Source: an uncultured bacterium
Lineage (GTDB): Bacteria > Chloroflexota > UBA5177 > JANWHV01
DNA: 64,000 nt
Assembly: GCA_963729625.1 (NCBI GenBank)
Contig: CAVSOU010000008.1
Location: 768,001-832,000 of the forward strand
Reading direction: 5' to 3'
In this document: positions 39,850-49,757 of the stretch, piece by piece
Layout of the letters: each line of letters starts with the position of its first letter
How positions within the stretch are numbered: position 1 is the stretch's first letter
Notes under the pieces: model-generated
Databases searched by the model: none
Told to the model about the DNA's origin: nothing
What the model saw: the letters and a program-made list of their open reading frames with translations, nothing else
Program-made: the position numbers and the translations under genes

Positions 39850-39989
39850 GGCAGAATTGAGCCGGGAGCCCTGATTTGCAGCGGCCCGACCGCAACCGTT
39901 CATGCCGGCGCGACAGCCCATGAAGTGACTTGGACTGCCGCGGCCCCGCCACGCGCCTTCAGGCGCAGGCAGGAAACGTGGCGCCCGAG

Positions 39990-40016
39990 CCCCATCTGCC
40001 CCACTTCTCCCCACTT
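39990..40016 (-). promoter_or_regulatory. Distal inverted array of (G)TGGGG MraZ-type repeats
   Basis: Minus strand reads aaGTGGGGagaaGTGGGGcagaTGGGG, mirroring the mraZ-proximal array. Confidence 0.55.
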
Positions 40017-40286
40017 TCTCGGCATCAAGTGGCGATCGGGGCTATGCTGAGCACAATTCCCTGGAGTGGAGGCCGGAATCTGTCTCCGCTGGAGCGATTG
40101 CCGGCCTACAAGGCGCGAAGGAGAGATCCAAAGTTGCGCGGGGTTCCTGCTCAGCACAGTTTTGCGAGAGAAAGGCGTTTTCGTCCTCTTATCACGGCTA
40201 AACGTGTCGAAATACGGGCCAGATTTCGCGGGGACGTGTCGAAAAAGAGGGTGACGAAGCTCTGGTGCAGCGGGAACGTCCAGGCG

Positions 40287-40341
40287 TATACTGACCTCAC
40301 TGTGGATAACAGTGGGGATAAGTGGGGCCAAATGGGGATAA
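40287..40341 (+). promoter_or_regulatory. mraZ/dcw promoter region: -10, DnaA box and MraZ-type direct repeats
   Basis: TATACT at 40287-40292; perfect DnaA box TGTGGATAA at 40301-40309; GTGG/TGGGG repeats at 10-nt period (40302, 40312, 40322, 40333). Confidence 0.7.
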
Positions 40342-40359
40342 CCGGGAGCCAATGAGTAC

Positions 40360-40797
40360 ATGTTCTTAGGTGAATTCGCGCACAGTCTGGACAGCAAGGG
40401 CCGTCTGGCCGTACCGGCCAGATTTCGCCTGCAATTGGGCGAGGGCGCGATCGTCACCCGTGGGCTCGACGGCTGCCTGGTGATCTATCCGGCACAAGAA
40501 TGGCAGGAGTACGCGGAGAAGCTGGACAAGCTGCCATCCACTCAGCCCGATGTGCGGAACTTCAAGCGATTCATTTTCTCCGGCGCGACGGAGTGCGAGT
40601 TCGATCGGCAGGGGCGTGTGCTCATTCCCGCGTTTCTGCGGGAGTACGCGGCGCTGGACGAGACCGCCGTCGTCGTGGGCCAGTACAGCAAAGTCGAGAT
40701 CTGGTCACAGGCGCGCTGGGATACAGCACGGCCCAAGGTAGAGGAAGACGGCGAGCAGATTGCCGAGCGGCTCTCTGGACTTGGGCTTGACATTTAG
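40360..40797 (+). CDS. mraZ: Division/cell wall cluster transcriptional repressor
   Basis: MFLGEF.H.LDSKGRLAVPARFR, DRQGRVLIP, VEIW. Confidence 0.97.
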   Translation: MFLGEFAHSLDSKGRLAVPARFRLQLGEGAIVTRGLDGCLVIYPAQEWQEYAEKLDKLPSTQPDVRNFKRFIFSGATECEFDRQGRVLIPAFLREYAALDETAVVVGQYSKVEIWSQARWDTARPKVEEDGEQIAERLSGLGLDI

Positions 40798-40912
40798 CAG
40801 GGGCTCTGCCCGGTGCAATGGCGGAGGTGGATCGAAGCAGGGTCAGTATGGATCCAGCCAGCCATCAGGTTCCGGGCAAAGACCAGTGGGGTAAGGCAAC
40901 CAGGGAGGTGAC

Positions 40913-41842
40913 GTGGTCGCGGCAGAGCACATACCGGTGCTCTACCGGGAGACGCTTGAGGGACTAGCGCCGCGTGCAGGCGAACGCTATGTCGATTGCA
41001 CCGCTGGGAGCGGCGGGCATGCGGAAGGGATCCTGGTGGCAAGCGCGCCTGATGGCGCGCTGCTCGCCATGGATACCGACCCTGAGGCTGTCGGTCGTAC
41101 CCGGGTTCGCCTGCAGCGCTACGGGGCTCGAGCACGGGTCGTACAGAGCAATTTCCACGACCTTGAGCGAGTCGTCCAGCAGGCGGGGTGGGAGCAGGTC
41201 GACGGCATTCTCTTCGACCTTGGCGTAAGCAGCGTGCAGCTTGGGGTAGCTGATCGGGGTTTCAGCTTTCAGTTGGATGGCCCGCTCGATATGCGAATGG
41301 ATCCGTCTCGGGGACTCTCGGCGGCCGATCTCGTCAACTCGCTCGACGAGACTGAGTTGGCGAACGTATTTCGAGCATACGGCGAGGAGCCATTGGCAAG
41401 GCGTATCGCGGCGGTAATCGTTCGTGAACGAGGCAACAGGAGAATCGAGACGACAGCGAATCTGGCCGAGCTGATTGGAAGGGCAAAGATTCGAAGAGGT
41501 CGAATACATCCGGCGACCATGGTGTTTCAGTCACTGCGCATCGCCGTGAACGGCGAGCTTGAGAGCCTAACGGCGGCTTTGCCGCAAGCAGTGCGACTAT
41601 TGCGGCCCGGTGGACGGTTGGCGGTGATTGCCTTCCACTCGCTGGAGGATAGAATTGTGAAGCGATACCTACACGAGGAGGCAAAAGAGTGTCGATGTCC
41701 ACCACGACAGCCTATTTGCACCTGCAATCGGCAACCTCTTCTCCGATTGACCAATCGTCACGCCATCGTACCGGGAGAAAGCGAACGACTCGGAAATCCT
41801 CGCGCTCGAAGTGCAAAGTTGCGCACTGCGGTGCGGCTCTGA
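40913..41842 (+). CDS. rsmH: 16S rRNA m4C1402 methyltransferase
   Basis: HIPVL, DCTAGSGGH, DLGVSS.QL, PLDMRM, FHSLEDRIVK, NPRARSAKLR. Confidence 0.97.
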   Translation: MVAAEHIPVLYRETLEGLAPRAGERYVDCTAGSGGHAEGILVASAPDGALLAMDTDPEAVGRTRVRLQRYGARARVVQSNFHDLERVVQQAGWEQVDGILFDLGVSSVQLGVADRGFSFQLDGPLDMRMDPSRGLSAADLVNSLDETELANVFRAYGEEPLARRIAAVIVRERGNRRIETTANLAELIGRAKIRRGRIHPATMVFQSLRIAVNGELESLTAALPQAVRLLRPGGRLAVIAFHSLEDRIVKRYLHEEAKECRCPPRQPICTCNRQPLLRLTNRHAIVPGESERLGNPRARSAKLRTAVRL

Positions 41843-41882
41843 TACGCTGTTGTGGTATGTCGGATATGTGGGTAGGCGGCCG

Positions 41883-42362
41883 ATGATGATCAGTCTTCAT
41901 CGAGCAACGCACGACTCCAGCGGTCTTGGCAGTGTGGCTACCGTCGACCAACGGCAGACCACGGGATCCGTGATCCTTTTCATTGGTGCGGTCGTCATCG
42001 CCGGTCTGACCTGCGTCCTCTACCTGTGGCAGCAAAGCCAGATCGTGGCAACGCAGGGCGATATTCGCACGCTTGACGCCAAAATATCCACGCTCACCTT
42101 GCAAAGAAACGATCTGTCCTCCCAGAGAAGCCTCATGACGTCGGTCACACATGTGCTGTCCGAAGCGATCAAGGACGGCATGGTGATTGGTGACTCGCGC
42201 CAAGTCAAGACGCTGCAAGTGCCCGTGGTTGTGCCGAGCGGCTTGGTGGCGCAGACCGTGGCGCCTGCCGGCAAGTCGACGGTCGCGCTCCCTTCGACCA
42301 ACGCCGCGATCACCTCTTGGTGGCAGGACGCGTGGGACGGGCTGTTTAGCCTGCTACGATGA
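41883..42362 (+). CDS. ftsL: FtsL-like cell division protein
   Basis: Lies between rsmH and the PBP; short N-terminus, single TM, then coiled coil. Called from position and architecture. Confidence 0.7.
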   Translation: MMISLHRATHDSSGLGSVATVDQRQTTGSVILFIGAVVIAGLTCVLYLWQQSQIVATQGDIRTLDAKISTLTLQRNDLSSQRSLMTSVTHVLSEAIKDGMVIGDSRQVKTLQVPVVVPSGLVAQTVAPAGKSTVALPSTNAAITSWWQDAWDGLFSLLR

Positions 42363-44374
42363 TCCGCCGACGCGCGCGCCGTGGATGGCGGCAGCTGGCC
42401 CTGCTGGGTTCTATCTTCCTGGTTCTCTGCCTGCTCGCGGACAGGCTGTACGCATTACAGATTGCCGTGAGCGCGGATGCCAAGGCCAACTTGACGAAAT
42501 ACTGGGCTGCCGACGTGGCGGCGCCGCAGACTGCCAAGCCGCCCCGCGGCACGGTCGTGGATATCAACGGCGCCTCGTTGGTCAGCACGGTCACGGTATA
42601 TAAGCTGGCGGCTGCCCCGTCGTACGTGACGAAAAAGGCGGCCGTATCGCGGATTCTCACCGACGTCCTGTTTCCGCTGCGACTACCCGGCGGAAAGCAC
42701 GCGCACGACCAGGCGCGGATAGCCAAGGCAAAGGCCAGCTATATGCAGCACTATGAGGCGTTTCTCAAGCAACTCAACGCGTCATGGAGCTATGTCTGCC
42801 TGGCGGGAGACGACAGCGACACATGTCCGTACCAGAACACCCTCTCGCAGAGCCTGTTGAACACCATTATCAGTCGTATCAACAAGCTGAACGTGGCCGG
42901 CATCAGCTCAGAACCGCGCAGCATGCCCGTGTACCCAAACGGCACGCTGGCGGCGCAGTTGCTCGGCTACGTCGATTACGTCTACCCCGATGGCGCGGCG
43001 CCGTATGACACGGGCGTCTACGGCGTCCAGGAGGCCTACAACAACCTGCTGACGGGTATTCCTGGGCACACGACCATCCGATTTGATACCAAAGGCAACC
43101 CGATTCGAGTCGGTACTGGCGCTGATACGATGCCGCAACCAGGCGCCACGCTTCAGCTGACCCTAGACAGCTACGTCCAGTACCTGGTGGGGCAGGATCT
43201 CGCGCAAGTGGTGAAGGCGCGACACGCCACGGGCGGCACCATCATCGTGGAGCGCCCAAGTGACGGCGCCATTCTGGCCATGGCCTCGACGCCGAGCTAC
43301 GACCCGAACCAGTGGCGAAGTCTGGTGGCCAGCCTGGCCAAGAAGGCCGGCGCGGGAACAAAAAAGTACAACCAGACGAAGTTCATGCAGTCGCTGTATG
43401 CCGTATTTCCCAATCCGGCCATCAGCAAGCGCTACGAGCCGGGATCGACGTTCAAGGCGCTCACGATCGCCACCGGCTTCGATCAGAACCTCTTCAACGA
43501 AAACACCCGGGTGTACGATTCGGGCTTGCTCAGCGTGGACGGCATCAAGATCACTGATTGGTGCGCCCCGAGTTGCCCGTACGGTGGTCCCGAGACGCCC
43601 GCGACGATGCTGCACTGGTCGTCCAATATCGGCGCCACGCAGTTCAGCCGCATCATTCCGGCGCCGATCTGGTACCAGTACGTGCTCGACAACTTCGGCC
43701 TCGCATCCACGACCGGTATCGACCTCAGCGGCGAGGTGGCGGGCGACGTTCGCTGGTACAACGATGCGCCTCCGAAGCCGACATGGTACCCGGCATACAA
43801 AGATACGCAGGCCTACGGCCAGGGTCTGAGCATCACGCCCCTGCAGCTTACCAACGCGTACGCGTCGCTGGCGAACGGCGGCGAGCTGCCGACGCCGCAT
43901 GTCCTGCAGTCGTACGTGCTGGCAGGGAAGACGGTGACGCCGGTATGGAATCCAATCCACCGCGCAGTAAGTGAGGAGACCTCCTCCCGCATGGTCCAGC
44001 TCCTTGTCAGCCAGGCCATCGGCGGCGAAGCGTGCGAGGCCCTGGTTCCCGGCTACGACATCGCGGCCAAGACCGGCACAGCGTCGATCCCAAGCCTGGG
44101 CGGGAACTATCTGCCGGAGTCGACAATCGCCAGCACGATGGCATTTGGCCCGGTGGAGAACGATCCGGCCCATCAGTTCGTGGTGCTGGTCAAGGTGGAC
44201 AAGCCCGCCGACCCGTGGGGCTCCGAAGTCGCCGCTCCCGTGGTGCGGGACATCTACCAGCACCTCTTCCAGTACTACAAGATCATGCCCGCCGCGCACC
44301 CGGTGCAGCCGACCAACGGCGTGTGCCCGATCGCCACTTCAACGCAGCTTGTACCGTGGTCGTCACACCAATAG
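42359..44374 (+). CDS. ftsI: Class B penicillin-binding protein (FtsI-like)
   Basis: RGTVVD.NG, YP.G, EPGSTFK (SxxK), SSN (SxN), KTG. Confidence 0.88.
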   Translation: MIRRRARRGWRQLALLGSIFLVLCLLADRLYALQIAVSADAKANLTKYWAADVAAPQTAKPPRGTVVDINGASLVSTVTVYKLAAAPSYVTKKAAVSRILTDVLFPLRLPGGKHAHDQARIAKAKASYMQHYEAFLKQLNASWSYVCLAGDDSDTCPYQNTLSQSLLNTIISRINKLNVAGISSEPRSMPVYPNGTLAAQLLGYVDYVYPDGAAPYDTGVYGVQEAYNNLLTGIPGHTTIRFDTKGNPIRVGTGADTMPQPGATLQLTLDSYVQYLVGQDLAQVVKARHATGGTIIVERPSDGAILAMASTPSYDPNQWRSLVASLAKKAGAGTKKYNQTKFMQSLYAVFPNPAISKRYEPGSTFKALTIATGFDQNLFNENTRVYDSGLLSVDGIKITDWCAPSCPYGGPETPATMLHWSSNIGATQFSRIIPAPIWYQYVLDNFGLASTTGIDLSGEVAGDVRWYNDAPPKPTWYPAYKDTQAYGQGLSITPLQLTNAYASLANGGELPTPHVLQSYVLAGKTVTPVWNPIHRAVSEETSSRMVQLLVSQAIGGEACEALVPGYDIAAKTGTASIPSLGGNYLPESTIASTMAFGPVENDPAHQFVVLVKVDKPADPWGSEVAAPVVRDIYQHLFQYYKIMPAAHPVQPTNGVCPIATSTQLVPWSSHQ

Positions 44375-44492
44375 GCAGCTTGTTGCAGCGTATGGCCGAG
44401 ATGCGGCGGAAGGCCGGCAGAGGCGCGCCGTCATCCGTTGGCAGCGGCGTTTTCGCGCGAAGTGGCAGATCCGGGTGTGCTCGTCTGAGCGG

Positions 44493-45902
44493 ATGCCGGC
44501 TGTGATACGGCTGATCCTGGAGGACGTGCGTCGATTCGTACGCGAAAGCGGCGAAGGCACATTGCAAATTCTGGGCGCCGATCCGGATTGGCAAGCCACG
44601 CTGGGCCCGGCGGTAAACGATTCGCGCGAGGTGCTGCCCGGGAGCCTCTTCGTTGCGCTGCCGGGCGAGCATACGGATGGGCACCGTTTCGCGACGGCGG
44701 CGGTCGAGCGAGGCGCCCTGGCGGTCCTCGTGACGCATGTACCGGGCGACTTTAGCGGTTCGACGGTGGTAGTCTGGCTGGCGCCGGATTCACTTGTGGC
44801 GCTCCAACGTTTCGCGGCCTGGTGGCGGTCGCGATTCCCCGGACTCGTTGCTATTGGCGTGACCGGGAGTGTCGGCAAGACGACCACGAAGGACGTCATT
44901 GCCGCCGCGCTGGCTGCCGAGATGCCGGTGCTGGCGAATCCACGAAGCTTCAACAACGAGATTGGGCTTCCCTTGACGCTCCTCTCGCTGACGAGCGATC
45001 ACCGTGCGGCTGTACTCGAAATGGGCATGTACGACGTCGGCGACATCGCGTTTTTGGCGCGACTGGCACGGCAGACCGTCGGCGTGGTGCTCAATGTCGA
45101 CGCCGTCCATCTCGGGCGCGCCGGCACGATCGAGCGCATCGCGCAGGCCAAGCGAGAGATCATCGACACGCTTTCCAAGGACGGCACTGCTGTGCTAAAC
45201 GCCGATGACCCGCGCGTGCTGGCCATGAGAGCGGCGGCGCCGGGACCGGTGATAACCTTCGGCCTCCAGCCTGGAGCAGACTGGCAGGCGACGCATATCG
45301 CGTCGTCCGCGGACGGCCTCGCGCTTACGCTAAATCGCTCGGGCCGTGCCTTTGCGCTCAGCAGCCCGTTGCCCGGCAGACACCATGTGTCCGCCCTGTT
45401 GGCCGCGGCCGCCGTCCTGGAGGTCACCGGCGCGCCATTTGACCGTATCGCGGCAGCTCTGGCCGCCGTACCGGCTCCGGCCGCGCGGCAGCGCTTCTTG
45501 CGCGGCGCGAACGGCTGCACGATCATCGACGACACGTATAACGCATCGCCGCTGTCCATGATCGCCGCACTGGATCTGCTGGCGGCTCAAGACGCCGAGC
45601 GACGTGTGGCTATTCTCGGCGACATGCTCGAGCTCGGCCCGATCAGCGAGGAGAAGCATCGGCTAGTCGGCGAGCACAGCACTGGAGTGGCGGATCTGGT
45701 CATCGCGGTGGGCCCTGAAGCGCGTGGCATCGCCGACGCCGCGGGCCATATCGCTCGCTGGTACCGCGAAAAATCGGCTCTGCACGCAGACATCGAGACC
45801 CTGCTACGACCCGGGGATACGGTACTCGTGAAGGGATCGCGAGGCATGGCCATGGAGGAGGTAGTGGCATGGCTGGCAGCGACCAGCTGGTACAAGGGGT
45901 AG
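44493..45902 (+). CDS. murF: UDP-MurNAc-tripeptide--D-Ala-D-Ala ligase
   Basis: DSR, GVTGSVGKTTTK, FNNEIGLP, EMGM, DDTYNASP, GDMLELG, KGSRG. Confidence 0.96.
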   Translation: MPAVIRLILEDVRRFVRESGEGTLQILGADPDWQATLGPAVNDSREVLPGSLFVALPGEHTDGHRFATAAVERGALAVLVTHVPGDFSGSTVVVWLAPDSLVALQRFAAWWRSRFPGLVAIGVTGSVGKTTTKDVIAAALAAEMPVLANPRSFNNEIGLPLTLLSLTSDHRAAVLEMGMYDVGDIAFLARLARQTVGVVLNVDAVHLGRAGTIERIAQAKREIIDTLSKDGTAVLNADDPRVLAMRAAAPGPVITFGLQPGADWQATHIASSADGLALTLNRSGRAFALSSPLPGRHHVSALLAAAAVLEVTGAPFDRIAAALAAVPAPAARQRFLRGANGCTIIDDTYNASPLSMIAALDLLAAQDAERRVAILGDMLELGPISEEKHRLVGEHSTGVADLVIAVGPEARGIADAAGHIARWYREKSALHADIETLLRPGDTVLVKGSRGMAMEEVVAWLAATSWYKG

Positions 45903-46840
45903 CGCTCTTCTCCACTGCTGGGGCGATCGGTCTCGCGACGATGCCGTTCTTCATTCGTGCATTGGCGCGGCTTGGCGCCGGCAAACAGATCCGCGCGGAA
46001 GGTCCTGCCAGCCACCAGGTGAAGGCAGGAACGCCGACGATGGGTGGCGTCGTGTTTCTCGGCATCACGGCAGCGCTAGGCGCTTTCTTCCTCGCGCCCG
46101 CCAGTGCGAGCGTGCAGACGCTGTTGGTCCTGATGGCGGCGAGCACGATCCTGGGTGTCGTAGACGATCTGCTCAGTTCAGCCCGCTACAAGCGTGGCGG
46201 CATCCGAGCGCGGCCCAAGCTTGCCTGGCAGGCAGGAATTGCCGCCGGCGCGGTGCTGATCGAGTGGACCGGACCGGGCCTGCCGCCCCAGCACATTCCT
46301 GGGCTGGGCACGCTGCACGCGTCGTGGGCGATCGCGCTCTTAGGCTTGGTCGCGATCATCTCGACCACGCACTCGGTGAATCTCACGGACGGCATTGACG
46401 GCCTGGCAGGCTGTACAACAAGCGTCGCGCTGGCGGCGTTCGCCGTGATCGCCTACCATCAGGGTGAGGACGCGGTCGGCGCCATGTGCCTTCTGACGAT
46501 GGGCGCCCTGGTGGGATTCCTCTGGTACAACGTGCATCCGGCACGCCTGTTCATGGGGGATGCCGGTTCGCTCGGACTGGGCTCATTGATCGGCGGGCTG
46601 GGTCTTGCGACCGGTCAGATCGTGGCGTTGATCCCGATCTGCGTGGTATTCGCTGCCGAATCACTCTCAGTGATCGTGCAGGTCACGTACTTCAAGCGCA
46701 CCGGTGGCAAGCGCATCTTCAAGATGTCGCCAATTCACCACCACTTCGAGGCACTTGGCTGGCCGGAGACACAGATCGTTCAGCGATTCATGCTCGTCGG
46801 CCTGACCGGCGCTCTTGTCGGCCTGGCGCTGGCATTCTGA
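45869..46840 (+). CDS. mraY: Phospho-MurNAc-pentapeptide transferase
   Basis: KAGTPTMGG, DD, NLTDGIDGLA, FMGDAGS, MSPIHHHFE. Confidence 0.96.
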   Translation: MAGSDQLVQGVALFSTAGAIGLATMPFFIRALARLGAGKQIRAEGPASHQVKAGTPTMGGVVFLGITAALGAFFLAPASASVQTLLVLMAASTILGVVDDLLSSARYKRGGIRARPKLAWQAGIAAGAVLIEWTGPGLPPQHIPGLGTLHASWAIALLGLVAIISTTHSVNLTDGIDGLAGCTTSVALAAFAVIAYHQGEDAVGAMCLLTMGALVGFLWYNVHPARLFMGDAGSLGLGSLIGGLGLATGQIVALIPICVVFAAESLSVIVQVTYFKRTGGKRIFKMSPIHHHFEALGWPETQIVQRFMLVGLTGALVGLALAF

Positions 46841-46976
46841 GCGGCCGCGCTGGTGTAACCCCATCCCGGCGAACGCACGGCAAGCTTCCTCCTAGCGTCC
46901 GCAGGCCTCCAATCATAGCCATGCGGCACGGTGTGTTGGGCTATGGCAGCCCCGGCGTGAATGTTGTGGCTATCTG

Positions 46977-47554
46977 CTACCAGTGTAGCGCAGTACCCTG
47001 GGCGAGCCTGCTCGACGCTGCTTCCTCCTGAGCGTCGGCGCTCGTTCGGGCCCGGCGACCGGGCAAGAACAGCGCGATGAGGACGAGCAGCGCGGTGCTG
47101 GCAGTGAGCAGGGCGCTCACGTCGACCAGGCCGCTCGTTCCGGCGCGTGCGGCGATTTCCATTCGTGCCGCCAGGGCCTGCGGCGAAGCAGGATGAGCAA
47201 GCACACTCTTCGGCAGCGACGCGGTCATGTTCGCGGCATGGGAGAGCGTGTGCTGCGTGAATACGCTGACAAGCACGGCCGATCCGATCGATGCCCACAC
47301 GTTCTTGGCTGCCTGCACAATTGACGATGCTCTGTTCAGCGCCTCGCCGGTGAGCGCCTCGAGAGCCAACGTCTGGATCATCGCGCGGTAGACGGAAAGA
47401 AGCCGATGTAGATCCACTGGGTAATGTCTATGCTGGTGTGCAGGGCCTCGCTGATAGGGACGATCGCTACGTTGACGATTGTGGCGTCGAGAGCTACCGG
47501 GAACAGGCCGATAGCCGCGACAAGAGCAATTGCATAGCGAGCAGATACTCGCAT
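46977..47554 (-). pseudogene. DHA2 (EmrB/QacA) MFS transporter with a large internal deletion
   Basis: N-terminus MRVSARYAIALVAAIGLFPVALDATIVNVAI...QWIYIGF is joined out of frame near 47400 to the C-terminal part IQTLAL...RASSIVQAAKNVWASIGSAVL. Confidence 0.75.
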
Positions 47555-47763
47555 GACATCAACCTTTCATACGACCGACGTTGCGTATGCATCGCGCTCC
47601 AGCACGAGTTGGCTGCAGATTGCCCGGTAACGTTGACGCCGAAGCCGGGATCCGGTCAAGTCTTCGTGCGATCGCGGCGCCAGCAAACATGTCTAACCTC
47701 GATCTTCGGATTCCAGTCTCTGTCTTCTTGCTGTTGCGCGCCACGAGCACTCACGCAGACAGG

Positions 47764-47785
47764 CCACGCAGTTCATACTGCGTGG
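47764..47785. terminator. Hairpin downstream of the proA-like gene
   Basis: CCACGCAGT-TCAT-ACTGCGTGG, 9-bp stem. Confidence 0.4.
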
Positions 47786-47835
47786 GAGTGGTGCTCCACG
47801 CCGCCACTCAGAAACACAGATGAACCGTGTCCCAC

Positions 47836-49350
47836 TCAGCGATGGATTTCGGAGTCGCGCTGCGTGGCGCGCAGGCGAACTGTAAACACGCTGTCGCCGC
47901 TGAGCACGCCACCACGTCCGAATAGCCGGCCGTTCTGCCAGTTGGAAAGCCCTAGCTCCGGCCGGCTCAAAGCGTACTGGCCGTCGACCCAGCGCGTGAA
48001 ACCGTTTCCCACGAACGGGGCATCCACTGAACGGAAGAACCGGTCCTGAGCGGTGGGGTCATCGGAGATCAAAGACGCGGCGAGGCGAGGACTGTAGTGA
48101 TTGAACCACGTCACGGCCTGGGCGACATTCGCCACGACGCCAATTGTCAGCTCGGGAGTGGCCTCCCATTCCCATTCTGTTCCCAGCTCGCCGACGGCCA
48201 GGGCCTCGGCGACCGGCTCCTCCACAGGCCCGCCGGCGCGATGAATTGGTACGCGCTTCTCGAATAGCTCCGTCGGAATGAACGGCCGAGCGCCGTCCAG
48301 CACGTGCAACTTGTACCCGGTGCCGAGCGCTTCTCCGCGGCGCCGCACGGCTCGCAAGGCGATGGAAGCGAGGTCCTCCGCGCGTGACTCTACTACCAGC
48401 ACGACGTTCGCCGTGTTGCAGACCTTGCGATCGAGAGAATGGTAGACAGCAGCTTCAAATCTGGCGGCCTCGGCCGTATCGTCGGCGACGATCCAGGCGC
48501 CGCCCGTGCCGTGCAAGCTCGCGGGAATGCCGGTCTGGCGGGCGATGCTGCCAAGCTGCGCCACTGCTCGTCCCGATCCCCGAGCCACGGCGAGGGCGAG
48601 TCGAGAATCGGAGAACAGGGCCCATCCCGCGGCGTGCTCGACGCTATCGATCAGCGTTATCGCGCCGTCAGGGAGGCCTGCTTCAGCCAGTGCCGGTTGC
48701 AGCGCCTGGCGCGAAATCGCGCGCGCTGTACCCAAGGCATCGCCGCCGATACGCAACACGGCGGTGTTACCGCTGCGAAGAATACCGGTGGCGTCGGCGA
48801 ATACGTTGGGCCGGCCCTCAAATACAAATCCCACCACGCCCAGGCCGTCGGAGACCTGCTCGACGGTCCAGCCCTGGTGGTTCACGACGCCGGCGATTGC
48901 TCCGCGCATCGGCGGCAGGTCACGCCAGCCTATGAGGCCGTCGATCATATCGCGCCGCATCTTTTCGCTGGCGACCAGGCGGGTCGTGGAGCGTCCGCGA
49001 GCCTTGGCGGCCTGCACATCCTTCTCGTTTGCCGCGGCAATGAGCGCCCAGACCTCGCCGGAGGCAAGGCGAGCCGCGAATGCCTCGTAGAAACGGGCGA
49101 TGGCCGCGTCGTCGACCAGGCTCATCTGCTGAAACGCGTCGCTGGCGCGGCCGACGGCCGCCCTGACCAGCTCACAGACCGCACACGGCAGGTGCAGGAT
49201 GTCCCCGCTGCCGGACACTACCAGCAGCCGATCTCCAGGCTGGAAGCGCGTGGCGATGTCCACACCGACGTACGCCAGCTTGTTGCCATCGTAGAGGAGC
49301 GGCATGCCCGCCATGACGGTCTTCAATGTGGTCTCGTTTTCGACGTCCAT
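47836..49350 (-). CDS. proA: Gamma-glutamyl phosphate reductase-like protein (divergent, N-terminally extended)
   Basis: AANEKDV, GVVGFVFEGRPNV, SGN..VLR.G, VCNT (catalytic Cys), TRWVDG, ELGLS. Confidence 0.8.
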   Translation of the reverse strand: MDVENETTLKTVMAGMPLLYDGNKLAYVGVDIATRFQPGDRLLVVSGSGDILHLPCAVCELVRAAVGRASDAFQQMSLVDDAAIARFYEAFAARLASGEVWALIAAANEKDVQAAKARGRSTTRLVASEKMRRDMIDGLIGWRDLPPMRGAIAGVVNHQGWTVEQVSDGLGVVGFVFEGRPNVFADATGILRSGNTAVLRIGGDALGTARAISRQALQPALAEAGLPDGAITLIDSVEHAAGWALFSDSRLALAVARGSGRAVAQLGSIARQTGIPASLHGTGGAWIVADDTAEAARFEAAVYHSLDRKVCNTANVVLVVESRAEDLASIALRAVRRRGEALGTGYKLHVLDGARPFIPTELFEKRVPIHRAGGPVEEPVAEALAVGELGTEWEWEATPELTIGVVANVAQAVTWFNHYSPRLAASLISDDPTAQDRFFRSVDAPFVGNGFTRWVDGQYALSRPELGLSNWQNGRLFGRGGVLSGDSVFTVRLRATQRDSEIHR

Positions 49351-49594
49351 GCGTGTGCGCGCTCCCGGTGCCCTGCCTTATCCCGCCTGGGCGACGCTTC
49401 CGGACAAGATCCATGCCTGCGACGGAACATCGGCGATGCGACGCCGATGCTGCCAATGAAGATACCACGATACAGCGCACATTCTGCGCGACATGCCTGC
49501 CTGAACGGGAAGAGGAAGTCCTTACAGCCTGGAACGCAGCTGGACCAAGAGCCTTAGGCTAATGCGTGGGAGTGGCCATTAGCCCGCCGGACAA

Positions 49595-49623
49595 TTGACG
49601 CGTACCGCATGCTCACCTACACT
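49595..49623 (+). promoter_or_regulatory. Sigma70-type promoter
   Basis: TTGACG-N17-TACACT upstream of the peptide-binding protein gene. Confidence 0.65.
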
Positions 49624-49757
49624 GCCAGTTGTTCTTTCCGATGCGAGAGACTGGCGTCACGCATCGATTTCCGGCAGCGCTCTCCCAGAGCGGAGCCACC
49701 AATTTTGCCCCGCTTTCCGCCTTTCCCGGCGAGAAAAGCGGCTTGGAGGAAGCAGTC

